Shown here piece by piece: positions 1-9,664 of a DNA stretch of 64,000 bases. Position 1 is the first letter of the stretch; every line of letters starts with the position of its first letter. The position numbers and the translations under genes are program-made. Under the pieces are notes generated by a model that ran no database searches, was not told the DNA's origin, and saw nothing but the letters and a program-made list of their open reading frames with translations. This DNA comes from a virus. Location of the stretch: positions 64,001-128,000 of IMG/VR virus record IMGVR_UViG_3300032223_002232; one strand, 5' to 3'.

Positions 1-1696
1 TTTGTGTATATGCATTAGCTTCTAATTTTGGATATGCATCATTCCAAACAATTAATGAAAGACCATCAATATATGTATTTGTATCACTTCTATATGTTTT
101 AATTTTATCAACACCATCTATATTAACAATATCAGTTGCTAATTGATTTATATCGATATTCTGACCAAATGTTACATTTTGTTTACTAAATGTATTTTTA
201 ATAATATTAATCACATCTGACACAATACCTGAAGTAGCTCTTCTTGTATTTGATTTTTTATAAATTACCAATTGACTATTTGAAATATCATCAACTGTAA
301 CATTAGAATTTGGATTTTTGACATAAAAATCTAAATTCATATAAACTGGATCAATTGGAATTATTTGTGATGTTAATATTTTATTATCACTAAGATCATT
401 TATTAAAATTTCTTTCTGTGCAGAGTTAATATATTTTTGTACAGAATTTAATGGTGTAACATATACATATATGTTATTAAAATTGCAACTATTAGCAAAT
501 TTAATTTGATTAAATAAAATTCTATTTTCTAATTGTGGATATTTTATTCCTATATCGTAAAGATATTTTATATGTCCTTTTAAATAATCATCGTTACTAA
601 CAACCATAACATCTGCAAACATTTTTTTATAATTTGTTTTTATGTATGTTGTAAAATCTTTTATAGTTACAAGTTTTTGTTGTAATGTAAAATTTTGTGG
701 CGCATTAGATCTAATACTATCTACATCTTCTTCAGGTGTATAAGGGTTAGATGGATACTCGTTATTTAAAGAAATAAATGATGCTTGTAATGGTGATAAA
801 ACTGAACCATATTCAGGTAAAACCTCTGATAATATTTTATTATAATTTATACTATTAAAAAATGTAATATTATTTCCAAGTAATGTGTTAGCAGCAATAT
901 CAGTTGCTTGTGGATCTATGGAAAGATAATAAATTTGAATTTGATCATTTGTTTCTAACTTTTTACCATTTATGCCATCACCAAATCTAACTTCATAATT
1001 TTTATTTGGATTAAATCTAACTTCGAATGCTTTATCGGTTGCTTTGTTTAAAAATAAATTTTCAGTTTGTTTCCATTCTTCCCAAACACCAGTTGATGTT
1101 GGTTTAACATAAACTTGAACATTAAAATGATCTAGATATGTTGTAGTACCAAGATTTACATAAATAATTTCATTATTATTACCAATTGCATTATATATTG
1201 GATATTCTGCAAATTGACCTTGATATAAATAGAAATCTGAAGATGTATTCTGTAAAAGATTCAACCCCTTTTCCGTATTAGAAAAATATATATCTTTATT
1301 AAATGAATATGTTGTATTACCAACTCTAACATATGAGTATCTTGGAATAATATAATTTCCAATTGTAAGATCTGGTGTAACAGTAAAACCAAATCCAACT
1401 GATTGTGTAATCCTACCAATTGGTTTATAATTTAAAAGTTTAACAATACGATTCATATTTTCGTATATTTGAGATTCTGAAAACATACTCTCTGAAGATG
1501 TTTTATTTAAATAATATAAAAGTGTACTAAAGCTAAAACTGATAACATCTAATAATGCAGACAAATTAGATCCTTGATAGTTTTGATCAGTGAATATCTG
1601 ACCCTGATTAAGTCTTGACACAATCAAATCTCTAAGACTTGTTGCGTCAAAACTTATATATGAATTTGTATTAAAAAAGGGATCGTTGTTTGCCAT
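1..1696 (-). CDS. gp6: baseplate wedge subunit (T4 gp6-like), 3' end outside window
   Basis: Not in ORF track; N-terminus translated by hand from ATG at 1696: MANNDPFFNTNSYISFDATSLRDLIVSRLNQGQIFTDQNYQGSNLSALLDV, matching the gp6 FTDxxxxGSNLSxLLDV pattern; next to gp25. Confidence 0.85.
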   Translation of the reverse strand, partial: MANNDPFFNTNSYISFDATSLRDLIVSRLNQGQIFTDQNYQGSNLSALLDVISFSFSTLLYYLNKTSSESMFSESQIYENMNRIVKLLNYKPIGRITQSVGFGFTVTPDLTIGNYIIPRYSYVRVGNTTYSFNKDIYFSNTEKGLNLLQNTSSDFYLYQGQFAEYPIYNAIGNNNEIIYVNLGTTTYLDHFNVQVYVKPTSTGVWEEWKQTENLFLNKATDKAFEVRFNPNKNYEVRFGDGINGKKLETNDQIQIYYLSIDPQATDIAANTLLGNNITFFNSINYNKILSEVLPEYGSVLSPLQASFISLNNEYPSNPYTPEEDVDSIRSNAPQNFTLQQKLVTIKDFTTYIKTNYKKMFADVMVVSNDDYLKGHIKYLYDIGIKYPQLENRILFNQIKFANSCNFNNIYVYVTPLNSVQKYINSAQKEILINDLSDNKILTSQIIPIDPVYMNLDFYVKNPNSNVTVDDISNSQLVIYKKSNTRRATSGIVSDVINIIKNTFSKQNVTFGQNIDINQLATDIVNIDGVDKIKTYRSDTNTYIDGLSLIVWNDAYPKLEANAYTQ

Positions 1697-1709
1697 TGTA
1701 ATAATTATC

Positions 1710-2216
1710 TTAAATTAAGATTTGTCCTCCTAACTGTGCTATAATACTTAGAGTGTTTTGAGTTTTTAGCTCTAAAAAGCTATATATTACTTGTATACTA
1801 TATTGATTAAGATCTGGTTGAGGTGTCACTCTAATGTTTAAAACATCTACTCTAGGTTCATATGTAGAAATTGCATTTAAAATTTCATTACCTATGATTT
1901 TAGCCAAACTATCAGTTACAGGTTCGAAAAGATATTTTTCCAAAGAAGAACCAAAATCTGGTGTTAATAGTTTTTGTCCCGGTCTTGTTGAAAAGATGTT
2001 TCTTATTGAATTTTTAATTGCATCATGATCAGTATTGACTATTATATCATTTGATTTGGCAACATTTAAACCTAAACCGACACTATTAGTTGGTGTTAAA
2101 TCTAAATTTAAATCTGTATAGACTGATGTTGCTTTTTGAACAACAACTGATGGCGAATTTTTTAGGTAATTCGATTGTTTCGGTCTTATTAAATTATTTA
2201 AATCTATGGTTGCCAC
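1710..2216 (-). CDS. gp25: baseplate wedge subunit (gp25/GPW family)
   Basis: AIKNSIRNIFSTRPGQKLLTPDFGSSLEKYLFEP...YEPRV motif; probable GTG start at 2216, 8 nt after TAAGTA (ORF track start 2291). Confidence 0.9.
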   Translation of the reverse strand: MATIDLNNLIRPKQSNYLKNSPSVVVQKATSVYTDLNLDLTPTNSVGLGLNVAKSNDIIVNTDHDAIKNSIRNIFSTRPGQKLLTPDFGSSLEKYLFEPVTDSLAKIIGNEILNAISTYEPRVDVLNIRVTPQPDLNQYSIQVIYSFLELKTQNTLSIIAQLGGQILI

Positions 2217-2276
2217 GGTATAAATACTTATAAATGTAGCTAATTCTTTTATGAATTTGTAACATACTGAAGTAAG

Positions 2277-2284
2277 TATAAATA
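2277..2284 (+). promoter_or_regulatory. T4-type late promoter TATAAATA
   Basis: Exact T4 late consensus ending 5 nt before ATG 2290; gp55 is encoded in the window. Confidence 0.65.
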
Positions 2285-2289
2285 ATACC

Positions 2290-2820
2290 ATGTCAAAGTT
2301 TAATAAATACGAAACATTATTAGAAACAGCCTTTTCACACTATTCAAATGGTGGGTTCAGGGAAGGTACACCTGTAAGAGTTAATAAAGCATTTTTATCT
2401 AGTCCTTATTTTCAAAAACACTATAGCGGCGATGCTAGTTTCGTTGCATGGTTAACTGATTTAGTTGAAAGAGAATACTTCTTCTTTATTAAAAGAGTTG
2501 TTGGTCATGGATCTTTACAAAACGTAAAGGATGCCAATGATAATGAAGGTGCTGGTGATTGTTTCTTGGTTTTAAAGACTGATCCAAGAACAGTTTCCAC
2601 TCCTACTGAATTATCCGAATTTACAGTACCCGGAGATTGGGCTTATGTACAAGTTGTACCAACTGGTGTGGGATTACCACCATTACAAGGCGTTCCTAAT
2701 AACTACGAACAGCCAATTGGTACAAAGCCACAAGAAGCTCCAGATTATTTTGGTATAAACAATCAGCCTACTGATAAGAATTTACCAAAAGTTAACGTTA
2801 CAATTAACGTTAAGAAATAA
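2290..2820 (+). CDS. hypothetical late protein
   Basis: 176 aa ORF after late promoter; N-terminus MSKFNKYETLLE. Confidence 0.7.
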   Translation: MSKFNKYETLLETAFSHYSNGGFREGTPVRVNKAFLSSPYFQKHYSGDASFVAWLTDLVEREYFFFIKRVVGHGSLQNVKDANDNEGAGDCFLVLKTDPRTVSTPTELSEFTVPGDWAYVQVVPTGVGLPPLQGVPNNYEQPIGTKPQEAPDYFGINNQPTDKNLPKVNVTINVKK

Positions 2821-3730
2821 TCTTCGATAAACCTATAAGACAACAGAAGAAATTGATCTCGTGATCAAGTACTAGGTTATCCCTGTACATATGCTCACCT
2901 AATTCTATCATCATAGCCTTCTTTTTATCTTCACTATAACTGGATTCGTATACCATGTTAAATATCTCTCTCATAAGAGACTGATAATCTGCATTAAAAT
3001 TTCTTTCTTCTTCAATAACAATCTTTCTTATATCAAGAACTGGTTTTTTAGAAATATCATTGAATATACTCTCTGCTATATTCTTAACCCTGTTTGAATC
3101 AGTTATAATAAGCTCACCAGTGATGCAAAATCTTTGAAGGTCATTAATAATTCTCCTCATATCAGGAAAATTATTTTTAATATAACTTATTAAGCGTCTA
3201 TTGTCATTAACTTCAATGTTTTCACACTTTAATATGTGTAAACACCTAAAAATAGAATCATCAAGCTTTGGTGTAATGTTAAAAAGCAAACATCTTGAAC
3301 AAATTGGTTCAATGATCTTGTTTATATAGTTTGCAGTAAGAATAAACCTGTTTGTATCAGCATATTCTTCCATTACATTACGCAAAATCCTTTGTGCTTC
3401 TGGTGTAGTGCCACAAAACTCATCTAAAATGATTACTTTCTTCTTACCATCAATTGATCTAGTCTGTGAAAACGAAATAACCTTGTTTCTTATCGTATCA
3501 ACACCATTTTCATCGGAAGCATTGATGTAAAGATACTGACATTTAAGAATATCTTTTACAATTATCTTAGCAAGTGTAGTTTTACCTGTACCAGCATTAC
3601 CATAAAGTAAAAGATGTGGCGTATCTTCATTGATTTTAGAAAAGAAATCTTTATTGTCTTCAGATAAGACAATTTCATCCAACGATTTGGGTGCATATTT
3701 CTGAACCCATAACTGATCATACAAACTCAT
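2810..3730 (-). CDS. gp44: clamp loader large subunit (RFC-like AAA+)
   Basis: LWVQKYAP, Walker A GNAGTGKT, INASDENG, ILDE, SRC motif. Confidence 0.95.
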   Translation of the reverse strand: MSLYDQLWVQKYAPKSLDEIVLSEDNKDFFSKINEDTPHLLLYGNAGTGKTTLAKIIVKDILKCQYLYINASDENGVDTIRNKVISFSQTRSIDGKKKVIILDEFCGTTPEAQRILRNVMEEYADTNRFILTANYINKIIEPICSRCLLFNITPKLDDSIFRCLHILKCENIEVNDNRRLISYIKNNFPDMRRIINDLQRFCITGELIITDSNRVKNIAESIFNDISKKPVLDIRKIVIEEERNFNADYQSLMREIFNMVYESSYSEDKKKAMMIELGEHMYRDNLVLDHEINFFCCLIGLSKIIS

Positions 3731-3736
3731 GCCTAT

Positions 3737-3765
3737 ATAATAGGCTATGAGAGGGTCATTGTCAA
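3737..3765 (-). promoter_or_regulatory. sigma70-type promoter for gp44 (leaderless)
   Basis: TTGACA-17nt-TATTAT, ATG 6 nt downstream. Confidence 0.8.
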
Positions 3766-3938
3766 CCGTTAATCAATGATCTACCATCAGCTTGTGGGTT
3801 ACTCGTAAGAACTTCTCTTACCTGCTGATGATTATTTGTTTGTGTTGATCTATATGCCTCTAGTAAAGATACAATATGTTGTACTTTATCATTTGGAATT
3901 GTATAGCTTACACCATTTACTGTGATTGTTGTTGTCAT
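3762..3938 (-). CDS. small hypothetical protein (58 aa)
   Basis: Hand-translated MTTTITVNGVSYTIPNDKVQHIVSLLEAY...; fills the gap; TAAATA 6 nt upstream. Confidence 0.65.
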   Translation of the reverse strand: MTTTITVNGVSYTIPNDKVQHIVSLLEAYRSTQTNNHQQVREVLTSNPQADGRSLING

Positions 3939-3952
3939 TTGATATATTTATG

Positions 3953-4171
3953 TTATTTTCTTCTTTTATCAACCATTTTATCAAAAATCAATGATAAAGC
4001 AAAAAAAGTAGGAGACCATAAACCCACGAAAAGAGCCACATGTTCTTGGTGAAGTTTGTTTAAATCTAAAGGTACTGGATTAAACCAAAAAAATATAGAT
4101 GCTGTAATTGAAAAAAACCCAAAAAAGAAACATGCTTCTCTTAAAAATTTATAAATATTATCTTGTCTCAT
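3953..4171 (-). CDS. small membrane protein
   Basis: 72 aa, two hydrophobic segments. Confidence 0.65.
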   Translation of the reverse strand: MRQDNIYKFLREACFFFGFFSITASIFFWFNPVPLDLNKLHQEHVALFVGLWSPTFFALSLIFDKMVDKRRK

Positions 4172-4182
4172 ATGATATAATA

Positions 4183-4196
4183 GTAAGTATACTTAC
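4183..4196. promoter_or_regulatory. palindromic bidirectional late-promoter candidate GTAAGTATACTTAC
   Basis: Perfect 14-bp palindrome with TAAGTA on both strands, between divergent genes. Confidence 0.5.
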
Positions 4197-4676
4197 ATGA
4201 ACAATACTAATGATATAGATTCAATTATTCAAGAATTAAAAGCTGATGAAGCTCCAATGCCAGTTAATATCGAACCAACAACTAATAGCAATGTCAATGA
4301 TGAGAATGTAGGAGAATACGTTTATAAAAAATCATCAGAGCTTGTAGAATCTACATTAGGTGCTGTTCAAGCTTTAAAAGATACCGTTTTAACTGGTAGT
4401 GATCCAAAAGAAATTGCAGCTTTATCACAGTTAATTAACTCCGCAACAAAGGCTCTTGATCAATTAAATAAAATTAATATTCAAAATAAAGTTAGTAAAT
4501 CAAATGTTGAAATTAAAAAAATGGAAATTGAAGCCAATGTTAATCGTCCAATGCTTCCAAATACAACAAATGTTTTAATTGCTACTCGTGATGAAGTAAT
4601 GAAGCAATTATTTGATAAACCTTCAAAGAAAGGTAGTGGTTTAGATTTAATTGAAGGTGAATTTACTACTGAATAG
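4197..4676 (+). CDS. gp16: terminase small subunit (gp16-like)
   Basis: Helical core (SDPKEIAALSQLINSA) and C-terminal TTNVLIATRDEVMKQL resembling the gp16 C-terminus; size fits. Confidence 0.65.
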   Translation: MNNTNDIDSIIQELKADEAPMPVNIEPTTNSNVNDENVGEYVYKKSSELVESTLGAVQALKDTVLTGSDPKEIAALSQLINSATKALDQLNKINIQNKVSKSNVEIKKMEIEANVNRPMLPNTTNVLIATRDEVMKQLFDKPSKKGSGLDLIEGEFTTE

Positions 4677-4804
4677 ATAATTTCATCTATTCATATTATT
4701 TATAATTGTTTTATTATAAACAATTTATAGGGTATTTTATCTATTCACCCTTTACAATTCCTATACATTTATCAATAATTGCAGAGGTTTTGTAATGTAT
4801 GTAT

Positions 4805-4845
4805 AAAAAAAGAAACCCACCCCCTTGCGAGGATGGGTTCTTTTT
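4805..4845. terminator. intrinsic terminator after gp23, probably bidirectional
   Basis: A-run, GC-rich stem (aacccacccc/ggatgggtt), T-run. Confidence 0.8.
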
Positions 4846-4864
4846 GATTGCGTGTCGTTGTCTC

Positions 4865-6346
4865 TTAGAGATAGCTGACGTAACCGTTTGCGCCGCCTTG
4901 GAAACCTTGTAGGCCAAGACCCTTAACTATAATAACGTGATAGTATAAGTTTGCACCAAAGATGTGATCAACAACGCCATAACGTGTCATAAGACCTACT
5001 CTTGGAGCAAAGTCATTAGGACCGATTGTGCGCTGAATCATCACAGGGATGTATGGGCAATATACGATACCAGTATCATAGTATTCAGATCCTTTGTAGC
5101 CTAAAAGGGCATATTCAAGTGCGTTTGCAGGGTTATTTACATCACCTCTGTCTCCGTTAAGATATTGGGCATCGGTACGAGTGTCACGATAAACTTGGAA
5201 ACGACCACCGAGTGTTCCAACTTTGGCAATGCCAGTTGGCTGGGTGTTGATGTTTCCGTTTACGGGCATCCACTGGTACTCAGGGAGCATCTCAAGGATT
5301 GCGCAAACACGAGGAGTAGCGATAATAAAATTAGCACTACCTCTGCGGTTACGAATTGCGATGCGGTTAGCTTCAACAATTACCTTTGAGTAGAAATCCC
5401 TGTTACGCTCACCTAACCAACGTGCGTCGGCTGATGCTGCGTACCAGTATGTGAATCCGGGGCCTTTACCTGCTGTAAGACAGACTTGGATCATACGGAT
5501 AACCATTTCACGGTCGATTTCGGACTGAATTTCATACGACATTGCGTTTGTTAATTCAGAATCGATATCTAAACCATTCATGTTCTTGAGATCTTGCTCA
5601 AGTTCAACTGACCAACGAGCGGCGAGACGGCGTGTGCCTGCCTCAACTGCTGTCTTGCTGAACTCAACAACAACCTGTGGGATGTTACCTGTTAATTCGA
5701 ACTGGTTAAGAAGAGCAGCAACACCTTGGTCTGCACCAAGAATGCTGAAGTCATCACCATTACCACTCAATTGAGCGGATGATGTACCAGTGAATCGTGT
5801 ATCCAAATACTGATAGCCAAGTTCCTTGCCGTCTGATGTCTGACGATTGTAGACTGTGCCATTTCCACCTGTGTAAGTAGATTGACCGCTGCCTGAACCA
5901 CCATTGATATCAAGACCATTGGAACCAAGACTATCTGCCTCATAGCGATAACGAAGAGCAAATGCGAGTCCTACTGGACCACTCATTGGCTGTACACCGA
6001 CGATCTCGTTTGTGATCAACTCAGGGAATGTACGGCGAACCATTGGGATAAGAATCTTAGGTAAACGTGAGTCACCTGTAGCATAAGTATCACCACTGAA
6101 GCCAGAACCGGGGGAAACCGGGCCTGTGCCGCCGAAAACACCAGAAACACCTGCTTGGTTCTGAGTTTCAGTTAAGCACCAGCGTTCTTGGTTTTCCATG
6201 AGAATCGCAGTTGATAATCTTTGGTGCTCGTTTTCGATTGCTGCAACCTTATCGGATGTGTAATCAAGAACTGGAGCCCACTTTTCAACTAACTGCTGTG
6301 CACGAGAACGATCAATGTAGCCAGCTGCTGGGTTTACATTTTTCAT
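4865..6346 (-). CDS. gp23: major capsid protein
   Basis: LVEKWAPVLD, GVQPMSGPVGLAFALR, WSVELEQDLK, EIDRE, YCPYIP, PRVGLMTRYG. Confidence 0.98.
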   Translation of the reverse strand: MKNVNPAAGYIDRSRAQQLVEKWAPVLDYTSDKVAAIENEHQRLSTAILMENQERWCLTETQNQAGVSGVFGGTGPVSPGSGFSGDTYATGDSRLPKILIPMVRRTFPELITNEIVGVQPMSGPVGLAFALRYRYEADSLGSNGLDINGGSGSGQSTYTGGNGTVYNRQTSDGKELGYQYLDTRFTGTSSAQLSGNGDDFSILGADQGVAALLNQFELTGNIPQVVVEFSKTAVEAGTRRLAARWSVELEQDLKNMNGLDIDSELTNAMSYEIQSEIDREMVIRMIQVCLTAGKGPGFTYWYAASADARWLGERNRDFYSKVIVEANRIAIRNRRGSANFIIATPRVCAILEMLPEYQWMPVNGNINTQPTGIAKVGTLGGRFQVYRDTRTDAQYLNGDRGDVNNPANALEYALLGYKGSEYYDTGIVYCPYIPVMIQRTIGPNDFAPRVGLMTRYGVVDHIFGANLYYHVIIVKGLGLQGFQGGANGYVSYL

Positions 6347-6356
6347 TTGTTTTTGT

Positions 6357-6362
6357 CCTCCT
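6357..6362 (-). promoter_or_regulatory. Shine-Dalgarno AGGAGG of gp23
   Basis: AGGAGG 10 nt upstream of ATG 6346. Confidence 0.75.
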
Positions 6363-6400
6363 ATGGATAGAATACAGAATTAAGAGTTAAGTAATAAAAA

Positions 6401-7294
6401 TTACTTTCTCTTTAATTCATTCAGATATCCGCTGACAGAATCATTTGATTCGTCAGATGCGCTTGTGGATTCAACAACAACTTCTCTTGTAGGAATCTTT
6501 GCACCAAAGCTTTGGGCTTTGGATGTAGCTTCACTAACAAGTTCGGTTGCAGTTTCTTCCTCACTGCGCTCAAACATCTCAACAACGTAGTTAAAATTCT
6601 CTTGAATATAAGAACTGTCTTTGTCGTTCAATAATTTAAAGATAAAATCTTTTTTAACAGAAGGCATACCAACTGTCTTCTCTTCTAAAACTGATTTAGC
6701 TTCAATGGACTTAATTTTTCCTAAAAGAGTTTCATTCTCTTTATAGGATTCATTAAGCTTTTCATTGAGTTCATCAATTTTTTCTTTGCCTTCTGAAATT
6801 GTACCCTTGATTGAATCATTTACATGATCAGGGTCGATACCAACTAAGCCACGGATCTTATCAAGTTGCTTACGAGCATATGTATTAGATACTGCTTCAT
6901 TTAATTGGTCTTGTGGAATTAATTTTTCTAAAGTGATATCAAGGAAGTTACTAACTTGATCAATCATTTTATTTGAAAAGTCATCTGCCTTTTCGTTAAG
7001 AGCATTACGGAAATAAGCAGTAAGTTTTTCTAATTTTTCTGTGTGGTCTAAATTGATAGCCTCAACAACTTTTTCAAGTTTGCCTGTATGATCTGTATCA
7101 ATTGCCTCTAAAAGCTTTTGAAGTTTTTCTGCATGGTCTTCATCAATTTTTGATGTTGCATTTTCAACTTCAAGTTTGATTCTTGAATCGACTTTTTCGT
7201 TAACAGCAACTTCAAATGCTTCTGCAATTGCTGATGCTGTTTCTTCTGAAAGAATATCTTTGTCGATTTTTTCTAAGAGTGCTTTTATATTCAT
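6401..7294 (-). CDS. gp22: prohead core scaffold protein
   Basis: Acidic coiled coil (AEAFEVAVNEKV) between gp21 and gp23. Confidence 0.85.
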   Translation of the reverse strand: MNIKALLEKIDKDILSEETASAIAEAFEVAVNEKVDSRIKLEVENATSKIDEDHAEKLQKLLEAIDTDHTGKLEKVVEAINLDHTEKLEKLTAYFRNALNEKADDFSNKMIDQVSNFLDITLEKLIPQDQLNEAVSNTYARKQLDKIRGLVGIDPDHVNDSIKGTISEGKEKIDELNEKLNESYKENETLLGKIKSIEAKSVLEEKTVGMPSVKKDFIFKLLNDKDSSYIQENFNYVVEMFERSEEETATELVSEATSKAQSFGAKIPTREVVVESTSASDESNDSVSGYLNELKRK

Positions 7295-7321
7295 AAAATG
7301 TTGTATAATAACTTATCCTTT

Positions 7322-7600
7322 TTATTTCCCTTTTTTAGAAGTTTTTTTTGAACCCTTCTTTTTTGCAATCATTTCCATGAAACGCTTTTTGTTTTCTTCT
7401 TTGGAAAGCTTGCCTTTCTTTTCATCCTTTTTAGCAAAAGGATTTTTCTTTTCGGATTCTTCTTCAACTTTTTTTGCGGTCTTTGCTACACGAGCTTTAA
7501 CTTTCTCCTCAACGACCTTTTTTAAATCATCATTTGCTTGAGCATAATTCTGCTCAACAAGACTTGTTATAAATTTTGATATTAGTTTACGAATTTCCAT
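7322..7600 (-). CDS. small Lys-rich prohead core protein candidate
   Basis: 92 aa, very basic C-terminus, in the head module. Confidence 0.6.
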   Translation of the reverse strand: MEIRKLISKFITSLVEQNYAQANDDLKKVVEEKVKARVAKTAKKVEEESEKKNPFAKKDEKKGKLSKEENKKRFMEMIAKKKGSKKTSKKGK

Positions 7601-7618
7601 AATAGTACTTATCCTTAA

Positions 7619-8287
7619 TTATGCATTTTTCAATAAATTGATAAATCCAATAATACATTCTTTAAGATATTGGTCTTTATTATTTCTTGGAAGTTTGGAA
7701 ATTTGATTTTCAAGCTTTTCGTAAAATGGTTCGAATTTTCCATCATCAGCAAGAACCCATTGTTTGGATTCAAGGATACCATTAACAAATGCTGTTGGTA
7801 CTGATGGGTCTGCAACAACGTCAATTGCGACAAGACGGAAGTCAGTTACTTTGTTGTAACCTTTTTCATTTTCAACTCTTCCGAGTGCACGAGAAGAAAC
7901 TCCGAGCTTAACGCCATCAAGCATTAATGAACGAACAACTTGTCCCATTGGTGTTGAAAGTACTTTTGATTTGCCCATGAAAATATCACCATCTTGTTTT
8001 AATTCGGTAACAATGTGACATGCTCTTTCTAAATTAACATCTGGTGATGTTGGGTGATTGAGTTCACCTGTTGCTCTTTTATTAACAATCATTTCTGATG
8101 AATAACGATTAACTTCTTCAATCATTTGATCTAATGGATAAACTCTGTTATTTCTATTTGGTTTATTCGCCATTAAAAATGGTCCGTAAAAACTCATATT
8201 AGATGGGGCGTTTCTGTTTTTCTCTTCAACCAAATAGCTCAATTCATAACTTGGTGTTTCTACTAATAGATTATAGGCATTACTCAT
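7619..8287 (-). CDS. gp21: prohead protease
   Basis: NRNNRVYP, GELNHP, LGVSSRALG, DVVADPS. Confidence 0.97.
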   Translation of the reverse strand: MSNAYNLLVETPSYELSYLVEEKNRNAPSNMSFYGPFLMANKPNRNNRVYPLDQMIEEVNRYSSEMIVNKRATGELNHPTSPDVNLERACHIVTELKQDGDIFMGKSKVLSTPMGQVVRSLMLDGVKLGVSSRALGRVENEKGYNKVTDFRLVAIDVVADPSVPTAFVNGILESKQWVLADDGKFEPFYEKLENQISKLPRNNKDQYLKECIIGFINLLKNA

Positions 8288-8315
8288 ATGTTATTATTAC
8301 TTATACCATACTTAT

Positions 8316-8774
8316 TCAATTTAAATGGTTTTCATTTAAAATAATAAATGTGTATCCTTTTTTTGAGCACCAAGCTCTAGCTGCTTCCCATTTTGCTTGG
8401 TTTACAGCCCATTGATATTTTTCATATATTAGCGTTTTTTGTTTTTTTCTTGGTGATTCAACTGGTGGTCTTGTTTGTCTCTCAGGTTTAACTTCAATTA
8501 ATAATTTTTTAATTGTACCATCCTTTGATTGAAGTTTTGCAACTAGATCTACAAAGTATCTATGTATTTTTCCATCAGCTGGTGACTCGTATGGTACAAC
8601 AACTGATTCTGAACTCCAACTTAATACATTAGGATTGTTATCTAAATAACGAAAAGCCTTAAGTTCCATCATCGATCTATATACTGGTGTTGAACCAATA
8701 TATTTTTTAGGATTTTTAGGTTTATAAATACCTTGAGTAAAATTTCTATTTTTCTTTCCTAAATTTTTATTCAT
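8316..8774 (-). CDS. gp4: head completion nuclease
   Basis: YKPKNPKKYIG, YRSMME, WSSE, HRYFVD, IEVKP, VNQAKWEAA. Confidence 0.92.
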   Translation of the reverse strand: MNKNLGKKNRNFTQGIYKPKNPKKYIGSTPVYRSMMELKAFRYLDNNPNVLSWSSESVVVPYESPADGKIHRYFVDLVAKLQSKDGTIKKLLIEVKPERQTRPPVESPRKKQKTLIYEKYQWAVNQAKWEAARAWCSKKGYTFIILNENHLN

Positions 8775-9649
8775 TAGCCAAGGAAAAAGTTTGTTGGTGA
8801 ACGATCAATAAGATCAGTTGTAATTTCTTTTTCCAATTCATCCTTTTCTTTCTCACCCTGTCTTAATACATCAGCACCATTTACTGTTTGACCACCAAAT
8901 AAACTAGTACCTTGAAATTTATTTCTAATATGACCTACTGCTATTTTTGTTAATGCAAGAGTATAACGATAAACCCATAATTGTGTTACTAAAAATCTAA
9001 TAGGTTTTTGCATTTTACATCCAACAAGACCAAAATATATATTATTCTGTGGTGGTTCTGGAATAATCTTTAATATTTGTGTATCGGGATTAAATCTCAT
9101 ATATGGCATTTGACCAAGAATTTTTTCTCTGGTTTTTAACCAATCTTTCATCACATGGAATGTTATTAAATCAAATCCAACATTACCAAGTAAGTGACCA
9201 AAGTATGCTTGTTGTGCAATTGTATTTTCAATTGTAAAAAGAGTGTTAACACCTGAATTATTACCTTGTTCAAATGAGAATACATCAATAACTTTTCTAT
9301 AATCACCCAAATCAACATCATAACCACCACTTAATGCTGATAAACTTGTACTATCTGCATTAACGGAATTATACATATCTGGTGTGACATTTATTAATCT
9401 ACCAATTGGTAAACCTACATTTTTAATATAAAGATCCGATCTAAAAATTAGATATTCTTCTTCTTCACCTGCAAATTTTGTAAAATATTCAATAGCAATA
9501 TCAATGAACTCATATATTTGTTCACTACTAATTTCAATTTCAATTAGTGGTGCGCCTAATGTTCTTTTTACTCTTTGTGCAAGAGCATCATAGGTGCTTA
9601 CCTTTGAATTGAAAGTTGTGCTACCGTGATATGTGGGGACTATACTCAT
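8774..9649 (-). CDS. gp13: neck protein
   Basis: RTLGAPLIEIEIS, KFQGTSLFGGQTVNG, C-terminal FFLG. Confidence 0.88.
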   Translation of the reverse strand: MSIVPTYHGSTTFNSKVSTYDALAQRVKRTLGAPLIEIEISSEQIYEFIDIAIEYFTKFAGEEEEYLIFRSDLYIKNVGLPIGRLINVTPDMYNSVNADSTSLSALSGGYDVDLGDYRKVIDVFSFEQGNNSGVNTLFTIENTIAQQAYFGHLLGNVGFDLITFHVMKDWLKTREKILGQMPYMRFNPDTQILKIIPEPPQNNIYFGLVGCKMQKPIRFLVTQLWVYRYTLALTKIAVGHIRNKFQGTSLFGGQTVNGADVLRQGEKEKDELEKEITTDLIDRSPTNFFLG

Positions 9650-9664
9650 TATATTAATATTTAG

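Noticed and set aside
4677-4864. tRNA gene here or at 35600-35771
   Set aside because: No cloverleaf, T-loop GTTCRA or acceptor stem seen
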